A DNA stretch of 64,000 nt from Thraustochytrium aureum (taxonomy: Eukaryota): assembly GCA_012862495.1 (NCBI GenBank), contig BLSG01000208.1:105439-169438 (forward strand), given 5' to 3'. The notes below the pieces were generated by a model that worked only from the letters and a program-made list of their open reading frames with translations, searched no databases and was not told the DNA's origin. Shown here in pieces: positions 56,130 through 64,000 of the stretch. A program made the position numbers and the translations under genes. Numbering within the stretch: position 1 is the first letter of the stretch; the number at the start of each line of letters is the position of its first letter.

Positions 56130-56844
56130 TCAGGATGCAGGGAGGAGAACGCCGCCTTCTGGCGGAGCGCTGGATTCCGCTCGGCGATATCGCCCTGCTG
56201 TTTGCTTCGCAGCGCGCAAGATTTCGTCGCGCTGCGCCGCGCCACGAATTGCGAGAAATCCGATGAGGGCCAGACCTGAAATCACTGCGACAGTGAGCAG
56301 AATGGCGCAGGCAATAGGGACAGCGAAAGCCGCGACGATAAGCACTGTGCCGACAACAGCGCTAAGCACGACAAGTGTGCTCTCCAGCACAACCAAAAGG
56401 ACGAGCGCAGCGACGCTGACAATGGAGACGACCACACTCCCCACGAGCACAAAGACGAGCCGGCGCATCCAAGGCTCGTCGCCAATCTGCGCTTGTGCCC
56501 AGCCCAGTTGCTCGAGCGCGACAGCCATAATAAAGTCGCGCTCGCCCCAGGCCTTGGAGGCGACTTCTCTAGCTCGCCCAGCAAGGCCGCCGCGCGAGCC
56601 CGGAACGCGGCGCCAATTGGGCGAGCGTTGCCGCGGCACAGACAAGCTCGGCTCACTCCAATTCTCAGACTCCGACTCAGAAGCTTCAGACGCGGAGCCC
56701 TGCGCACGACCTTGCTTCACGCGGTCGCCTCCGCTTGGACCATCTGGCCGCCGGCGGGCAGCGTCTTTCGGGGCGGTGGCGTTCGCAGGCCTGGGTCTCG
56801 GTGGGAGTGGCTGCCTCGCGACCCTGAGCGCCGGCGTCGTTTCC
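56130..56844 (-). CDS. Hypothetical protein with a ~71-residue hydrophobic hairpin (partial)
   Basis: LVFVLVGSVVV...SGLALIGFLAI (56247-56459) contains one charged residue; 5' end may be in the gap. Confidence 0.6.
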
Positions 56845-57378
56845 NNNNNNNNNNNNNNNNNNNNNNNNNNNNNNNNNNNNNNNNNNNNNNNNNNNNNNNN
56901 NNNNNNNNNNNNNNNNNNNNNNNNNNNNNNNNNNNNNNNNNNNNNNNNNNNNNNNNNNNNNNNNNNNNNNNNNNNNNNNNNNNNNNNNNNNNNNNNNNNN
57001 NNNNNNNNNNNNNNNNNNNNNNNNNNNNNNNNNNNNNNNNNNNNNNNNNNNNNNNNNNNNNNNNNNNNNNNNNNNNNNNNNNNNNNNNNNNNNNNNNNNN
57101 NNNNNNNNNNNNNNNNNNNNNNNNNNNNNNNNNNNNNNNNNNNNNNNNNNNNNNNNNNNNNNNNNNNNNNNNNNNNNNNNNNNNNNNNNNNNNNNNNNNN
57201 NNNNNNNNNNNNNNNNNNNNNNNNNNNNNNNNNNNNNNNNNNNNNNNNNNNNNNNNNNNNNNNNNNNNNNNNNNNNNNNNNNNNNNNNNNNNNNNNNNNN
57301 NNNNNNNNNNNNNNNNNNNNNNNNNNNNNNNNNNNNNNNNNNNNNNNNNNNNNNNNNNNNNCGTGTATATCTGCGCGC

Positions 57379-59752
57379 TTACCACATGCAGACGCGCTTG
57401 TCCTTGGGGAGCCACATGGGGTCGCCCTCCTTGACGCCGAAGACCTCGTAAAACTGGTCGATGTTCTTGACGAGGTTGCCGCGGAAGCAGCAGGGCGGGT
57501 GCGGGTCTGTGCTGAGCTGGTTGATGGTGAACTCGTCCGTCTCCTTGCTGCGCCAGATGTTGGCCCAGGACTTGAAAAAGACGCGAAGCAGCGCCTTGCG
57601 CTCCGTCGCACCGAGGCCCGCTTTCTCGAGGCGCTGGCTGAGCGCCTGGCACCCCAGCGACATCCCCCCAAGATCGGCGAGGTTCTCGCCAGAAGTCAAC
57701 TCGCCATTGAGGCGGTGAACGTGCGACGACTGGCCGGTCGCGTCGTCCGCCGACTTGGCCTCAAAGGTCCAGACCTCCGCCTGCGCCTTCATTACATCGA
57801 CCTTGGCCTTGAAGAGCTCGTCATCGGCGTCAGTCCACCAGTTCTCGATGTTGCCGTCGGCGGAGAACTTTTTGCCATTGTCGTCGACGCCGTGCGTGAT
57901 TTCATGGCTGATGACCGCCCCGATGCCGCCAAAGTTGACCGCGTCCACGAGAAGCGCCGGGCTGCAGGCCGCCTCCTCATCGTCGAGATCAAAGTCGATC
58001 TGGTCCGCGGACTGGATGTAGAAAGGGGGCTGGATAATAGCGGCGGGGAAGACGATTTCGTTCATCAGCGGCGAATAGTACGCGTTGACTGTCTGGGGCG
58101 TCATGTGCCACTCCGTGACGTCCTTGGGCGCGTTGATCTTGGCGAGGAGCTCGGTGCGATGGTCGAACGCGGTGACCTTTTGGCGCAAGGTGAACAGGTC
58201 GTCCTCCTCCAGGAGCTCGAGGCTCGAATAGTCCTTCCACTTGTCCTGGTACCCGATTTTCATCTTGGTTCCTTCCAGTTTCTCCTTGGCTTTGGCCTTT
58301 GTGGGCGCCGTGAGCCAGTCCGTGCGCATGACAGAGCCGATCATAATATCGAGGACCTCGTGGATCATGCCCTTGACGGTGGCCTTGTCGTCTTCGGAAA
58401 AGTAGCGGCTGACGTAGATCTTGCCGAGGAGCTCGCCCATCCAAGAGTTGATGAGGGCCACGCTACGCTTCTCGGGCGATTTTTTGCGCGTTCTGGCCCT
58501 GAAGCTTGCGCGAGTAAAAGTCAAACACCTCCTCGTCGAGATCCTTGGTGCAGTAGCTTGCGGCGGAGCGAATCACCTTGTACTGCAAGTACGCGGTGAG
58601 GTCGGCGCGGTTCCCCTCGCGCAGCAAAAGCTTGAAAACGCGCCGCAGGTAGTCGCCGTCAAAGGCCATGACGCGGAACTGCGCCGCAGCCTTGTCGCCG
58701 TTCGGGTAGTTTTCCGCGAAGTTGGCGGCCATCACCGTGCGCAGGTTGAGCTCTTTGCACATCGTCTCGAGCAGGTGCGAGGCGCGCTCCTTCTCCGCGT
58801 CGTCGGACTCGCAGACTCGGCGCAAAGAATGTCCACATCGTCCGTCGCCTCGTGTGCGGCGTAGTTTTCCTTTTTTGGCGTCCAGGCTGCGGAGCTCGTC
58901 CGACTTGGCGATGACATCATCGAGCGTGGTGATGGTGTAGTACTTGTCGAACTGACGCGACTGGTCCTTTTTCATCGAGATCATGGCCAGTTTGGTCTCG
59001 AACCGCATCACTGCCTCGGCAAAGCCGTCCGCGAGCTTTTCGGCGCCGACCATGTCACGCACTTTGTTGAGGTGCGCCAGGAACCAGGTGCGCTTTTCGG
59101 CAAACTTTTCATCCAGGTAGTAGTCGCGCGAGGGCAGCGACATGCCCGAGGGCGAAAGGTCGAGCACGACGTTTTTCGAGTCCTCGAGGTTGGACTCTTT
59201 GTCGAAACCGAACGGCGCGCTAATGCCGACTTCTTGGCAGCGCGCCAGGTACTGCGCAAGCCCTTCGTCGCCGCGCTCCAGGTGCGCCGCGAGCTCCTCA
59301 AACTCTCGATCCACCGCCGCGTAGTCCCCCTTGCCGTCCTCCCAGTCCTGAAACCGCTTGAGCGAAGCGTGCCACACCAGGGCGAGCTTGGCCTCGTCCG
59401 GCGTCTTGTCCACCTTTTCGCTCAGTTCCTCAAGCAGTCCAATCTGATTCTTCAANNNNNNNNNNNNNNNNNNNNNNNNNNNNNNNNNNNNNNNNNNNNN
59501 NNNNNNNNNNNNNNNNNNNNNNNNNNNNNNNNNNNNNNNNNNNNNNNNNNNNNNNNNNNNNNNNNNNNNNNNNNNNNNNNNNNNNNNNNNNNNNNNNNNN
59601 NNNNNCAAGCTCTTATCCACGAGCTCAATGAAGCTGCCCCACCGCGGGTACTCATCGGGGATCACCACATTGGGGTCGCTCAGCCAGCCGTGGTTGACGT
59701 GCACGTAAAAATCGTCCCCAGCCCCAGGCCGCGCTTTGCCGACCTCAGCCAT
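57379..59752 (-). CDS. M13 family zinc metallopeptidase (neprilysin/ECE/PepO-like)
   Basis: GDDFYVHVN..W, LPSRDYY, VNAYY, NEIVFPAAI, HEITH, GENLAD, terminal RVCMW; homopolymer indels near 58875 and 58482. Confidence 0.93.
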
Positions 59753-60515
59753 TCTCCCCAAAACGCACGCACGTCCGCCGCAGGCCAAAGCGCGTCAAGC
59801 CAATCCAGCGGGTCCTCGCCGACGCAGATTCCAGCAGCAGCTCACTCTCTCGCCCACGTTCGCCGTCCGCGCCCGAGCCCGTTCGGGGTCTGGGCTCGGA
59901 AGCAATCTGGCCTTCCCCCGCCGGCAAAACAAGCTCAGTTTCTCCGATGCCGGCCCTCTCTGCGGCGCAGAGCCAGCTACTTCGGGACTCCCTCACTAGT
60001 TACGCCGAAGAGACACGTAGATAGCGAATAAGCACACGGTCCTCGAATCCCGGGGAAACTGTCGCGCGGTCTCGTACTAGCATGACATTTGGGTTTGGTA
60101 GCGCGAGGCTCGGTGCGGTCTGGTAGCGCGTCCAACGGATCTATTGCAATGCTGCCACAGGGCGCGAGCGGCGGGCGAGCGTGCTCGGTTGATGTGCGGT
60201 CGGCGACGCGGCGATGCGTGTGAGAGAAACAGCCGGCAGCGCGGCCAGTTTCCTCAGTTCCTGTCTGTGCTCGCTCGGTTCAGTAAGGTGTTCAGAGAGG
60301 CGCTGGCACTGGACAGTCCGCGCTAGGGTTTCCCACCTCACATTGTGCATGTCGTTCGTTTCGCGCCCTTTGATGTGGCAAGCAGTACCACGACGTCGCT
60401 CGAAGCAAGGACACGCGACGCGCGGGTCAGCATCGCTGCTGCAGATCCCTAGAGCCGACAAGAAAGCTTGCGTAGAGGCTCTCGCTGCGCGTGCGTGAAA
60501 GGCGCAGGACTGACG

Positions 60516-61844
60516 ATGGGGTGCTCGCAGAGCCAGCTGCGCGAGGCGCGGGCCGGCGCCAACGGACCGAACGCGAGCAAAAAGCGCCCGGCGCCTCTTG
60601 GCCTCCACGAGCACTCTAGCACCGAACTTATGCTCGAGCAAGCTGCCGTCCGCGCCCTGGGCAACCAGCACGGCGGGCTCGCCCCCGCCGCCGCCCCAAA
60701 GGCGCACGAGACTACGAGCCTCGAACAGCTCAGCTCACACGGGTCCCTGGGCGACAAGTACCAGCTCGAGTCCCGCGTCCTCGGGACCGGCCAGTTCGCA
60801 ACCGTCAAGGCCTGCACCGATCGCGCCTCGGGCCGTGCTTGCGCCGCCAAGCTCATCAAAATCTCCAACACGTCGATCGACAGACTCGCGATCGAGATCG
60901 ACATTTTGCGCAAAATCAAGGGCCACCCCAACATCGTGGGCCTCTACGACGTTTACGTTACGCCCACCGAAGTGCAGCTCGTCATGGAGTGCGTCGTCGG
61001 CGGCGAGCTGTTCGACCACCTCGTCGAGTCAGGACCGTACTCGGAAGCGGCTGCCGTGTACCACATGCGCCGGATTGTTTCAGCGGTGGAGTTCCTGCAC
61101 CGCAACGGGATCGTGCACCGAGACCTCAAGCCCGAGAACCTGCTTCTCACCTCTAGCGACCCGCGCTTCGCAGAGGTCAAGGTGGCGGACTTTGGCCTCG
61201 CCCGGGTTTGGTCCGAGTCGACCATGCAAACCGTTTGCGGGACGTGGGCGTACTGCGCCCCGGAAGTGCGCAACGATCCGTACGGGTACGATGCCAAGGT
61301 GGACGTGTGGAGCCTTGGCGTCATCCTGTTTGTGCTTCTCGCCGCGTACCACCCCTTCGACCCGCAAGGAACGGCGACGGAGGAGGAGCTCTGGCACAAC
61401 GCCGAGACAGGTCGGTTCAACTTTCAAGATCGCGCGTGGAGCGGTGTCTCGCATGAAGCGCTGGACATGATCCGACGCATGATTGTCGTCAATCCGCGCG
61501 AGCGGTTTTCCGCAGAAGAGGTGCTGGGACACCCGTGGCTCACCGGCCAAAACCACGCCGTCGTGCCGCTGTCCCCGCGCATCAACCGGGATCTCGACGC
61601 CGTGCGCTCCAAGTACGCGCGACAGCGCGTCGCTGCTGCGGGCAAGGCTGCTTGGGCGGCTGTCGCCTTTTCAGCTGCGGGGGCGAAGGCTACTAAAAGA
61701 CCTAGCTCGCCGTTCAGCGCTGGAGACAGCGACGCGCTGATGGAGGAGGAAACCAAAGATCCGTCTTCGCGCTCGCCATCTCCACCAGTGGCGCCAAAAG
61801 TGAGTCCCGTTCACAGCGGCCATGTTCAGATCGAGTCCATATGA
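60516..61844 (+). CDS. CAMK-group Ser/Thr protein kinase with N-terminal MGC acylation motif
   Basis: LGTGQFATV, AAK, HPNIV, GGELFD, HRDLKPEN, DFG, CGT.AYCAPE, DVWSLGVI, HPW. Confidence 0.93.
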   Translation: MGCSQSQLREARAGANGPNASKKRPAPLGLHEHSSTELMLEQAAVRALGNQHGGLAPAAAPKAHETTSLEQLSSHGSLGDKYQLESRVLGTGQFATVKACTDRASGRACAAKLIKISNTSIDRLAIEIDILRKIKGHPNIVGLYDVYVTPTEVQLVMECVVGGELFDHLVESGPYSEAAAVYHMRRIVSAVEFLHRNGIVHRDLKPENLLLTSSDPRFAEVKVADFGLARVWSESTMQTVCGTWAYCAPEVRNDPYGYDAKVDVWSLGVILFVLLAAYHPFDPQGTATEEELWHNAETGRFNFQDRAWSGVSHEALDMIRRMIVVNPRERFSAEEVLGHPWLTGQNHAVVPLSPRINRDLDAVRSKYARQRVAAAGKAAWAAVAFSAAGAKATKRPSSPFSAGDSDALMEEETKDPSSRSPSPPVAPKVSPVHSGHVQIESI

Positions 61845-62076
61845 GCTCAACAAAAAGGCCGGCGGAACGGCGCTCGGCCTGGCCAGAGTGCAATTCCAGC
61901 AACTGCACCTGACCAAAATCAAGGACAACCACGCAGAAAGCAGAAAAGGGCATCAACTCGGTAATACCCCCACCCAAACCAGAGCAACCCGGCCTAGAAT
62001 AAAAGAAATGCAAATGTCGATCAAGAAAGCGCGTCTGATGAGCTTGGCTGCTCGCGGCTCTGGAGACCTGCGCGCC

Positions 62077-63346
62077 CTACTCTGTCTTGTGCTTGGTTGA
62101 TGCGCCTGCCTTGGGCGCGCGCCACACGCGCTTCCACGAGCCCCGTAATGCGGTTACAAGCCCAAGCACGATTGGAAGCGTCGCCGGAAGGAGAAAAGGC
62201 ATGAAAACGGCAAGCCAATGCTCGGGCGGGTAGTAGAGCTGGGGAAGGAGCGAGGGGTCGTAAAACGCTCGCTCAGCCTGCTCGAGCGCGCTGCGCGCGC
62301 GGCCAAGGCACTGCCGCCCCCCACTTGAGCAATCGTCGACCGTCTCGAGGACCCGCTCCAGGTCGCCGAGAGAGTGCGCCACTGCAGACGCGACTCGCTC
62401 CAGAACGGTCATTTCGGACGCCGTCTCGACCAACTCACTGAGCGCCTCGAGCGTGCTCGATGCCTTGGTCAAGTACCGCGCTGTCCATGCAGACGCGTCC
62501 TGGCTCGAAATGCGGCCTTGCCCATCGGTTTGCACCCCGAGCGCCGAGCAGAGCTGGCTGCGCCACACAGCCATGGTCCCTTGGAGATCAGAAGCCGTGA
62601 TCCACGCGGTCTCGTTCGCGGCGAATGGCAAGATGTCCACGCCCCCCCACCTCGGCACGGTGAACGAGGTCCGCGTGCGGTCTCCATCACGAACAACAAA
62701 CCCAGCGCGCTCGGGCAAGTAGGCCATCAAGTGGACCTGCTGCTCGCGCTCGGATCGCGCGAGCGAGGCCGTGGCGAAGTCGTTGGCGCTCATGAAGCCC
62801 TGCAGCTCCTGAGTAGTCACAGCTGCTGGGTCGGCGGCCTCGCGTGTCAGGCGGCCAAAGTAGACCACTTGGGCGTCCACGCTGAAAGCCGTGAGCGCGC
62901 CGAGCTCCCTCAGCAGCGGATCGAGCCCCCCATGGATGGCCTCTTCGATATCCCAGCCGCATGGCCCCCTCGCGCTAGCGTCAACGGCGAGCACCAGCGA
63001 CACGCGCACATCGGTGGCGCCGAGCAAGCTCCCTGCAAGGACGCCTTTGGTTTTTTTGGTACTGGGGGCGAGCAGGCTGGTCGCGTCCCGGGCCCGGCTC
63101 GCGGCGCGGCGCACCCTCTCGTGATCGAGCGAGTGGCTCTTCTCAAAAGCAAGCCCGAGCGAGCTCGCCACCAGCANNNNNNNNNNNNNNNNNNNNNNNN
63201 NNNNNNNNNNNNNNNNNNNNNNNNNNNNNNNNNNNNNNNNNNNNNNNNNNNNNNNNNNNNNNNNNNNNNNNNNNNNNNNNNNNNNNNNNNNAGCAGCCTC
63301 GCCCACGACTCCATCGCTGCCGGGACGCGTCCAGGACAAGCGCGAC

Positions 63347-63379
<33 letters not shown>

Positions 63380-63430
63380 CAGCGAGCGCGAGGCACACTC
63401 GTCCGGTGCCCAGGTCGCCTTCCCCGATGC
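62077..63430 (-). CDS. PIGS: GPI transamidase component PIG-S
   Basis: FTVPRWGGV and AERAFYDPSLLPQLYYPPEHWLAVFMPFLLP, C-terminal TM and KHKTE end; N-terminus interrupted by gap 63177-63291, start uncertain. Confidence 0.85.
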
Positions 63431-63786
63431 GCTGCTGCGTCCCGGCGCCGTCGGCCCGCGCTCAACGTCGCTCTGAGCCGCCGGACAGGTTGGAGGAGCA
63501 GAGTGAAGGCAGAGTCACATCAGTCTCACAGCGCAAGCCACCACACACACCACCAGCGCGAGAGCTGTTGCGTGCGGGCTCGCGCGGCGCGTAGTGGGGC
63601 GTGGCGGTGCTGGGTACCGCAGGTCCGCCCTCGTCCAGTCGAGCCAGCGGTTGCTCGGTCCGCGGTGGTTGATTGATTGATAATCGATCCTTCGATCAAT
63701 CGGTCGTTCGGCCCGCTTGGTTGAACGCCGCGGTCGGTCGACTGTCTGACGGGACCGGAAGTGAAAGGGGGGGGAGCGAGGAGAGG

Positions 63787-64000
63787 ATGCGCGCGCTGGC
63801 CGCTGTTTTCGCAGTGCTCGCCGTCCTCCTGGCGGCGTGCGGCGTGGTTGGACGCTCCAGCGAGGACCACGAGGAGATCAACACGCTGCTGAAGGACACG
63901 GAGTTCATCAAAATGCTCGAGCACAACACGGAGAAGCACGACCGGCGTCTCGAGGAGCTCCAGCACAGGCTAGATGTCGAGCTGAAGCGGGTGAACAAGC
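63787..64000 (+). CDS. Secreted protein with coiled-coil-like region, truncated by window end
   Basis: Signal peptide MRALAAVFAVLAVLLAACGVVG, then EEINTLLKDTEFIKMLEHNTEKHDRRLEELQHRL, open to the window end. Confidence 0.6.
   Translation, partial: MRALAAVFAVLAVLLAACGVVGRSSEDHEEINTLLKDTEFIKMLEHNTEKHDRRLEELQHRLDVELKRVNK

Noticed and set aside
290..56844. Lipid-themed gene cluster (FATP, CYP51, GDAP2, ABCA, hairpin protein)
   Set aside because: Genes are dispersed over 56 kb among unrelated housekeeping genes; no evidence of clustering.
55981..58599. 872-aa plus-strand ORF and other long ORFs spanning Ns
   Set aside because: Antisense shadows of real genes, artificially joined through gaps.
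290..59752. Frameshifts in many genes suggesting pseudogenes or programmed frameshifting
   Set aside because: Several inspected cases are single extra bases in homopolymers (~1410, ~8050, ~30280, ~58482, ~58875), and shifts also hit essential genes (NOB1, eIF2B-epsilon). Sequencing error is the simplest explanation.

Overview
GC-rich, gene-dense eukaryotic (protist) draft scaffold with short GT-AG introns, many N-gaps and frequent single-base indels, several of which sit in homopolymers and look like sequencing error. The style (few short introns, P/T linkers, CYP51, 7TM-RGS) suggests a heterotrophic stramenopile such as a labyrinthulomycete, but that is inference only. About 21 genes are recognisable: FATP/SLC27 acyl-CoA synthetase, a membrane-anchored triple-GH114 protein, CYP51 fused to cytochrome b5, a Golgi-type sulfotransferase, indoleamine 2,3-dioxygenase, a tandem pseudo-sulfatase/sulfatase, TMX2, a double-vWA secreted protein, a 7TM-RGS receptor, a mitochondrial carrier, GDAP2, NOB1, an NSUN fragment, an ankyrin protein, eIF2B-epsilon, an amidase, cyclin A, an ABCA transporter, an M13 peptidase, a CAMK-type kinase and PIG-S. 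The strongest novelty candidate is the uninterrupted CYP51-cytochrome b5 fusion at 10311-12257, a sterol 14-alpha-demethylase that appears to carry its own redox partner. Next are the 7TM-RGS, the multi-domain glycan enzymes with apparently dead domains, and an oleosin/LDAF1-like hairpin protein. I saw no rRNA, tRNA, CRISPR array or transposase.
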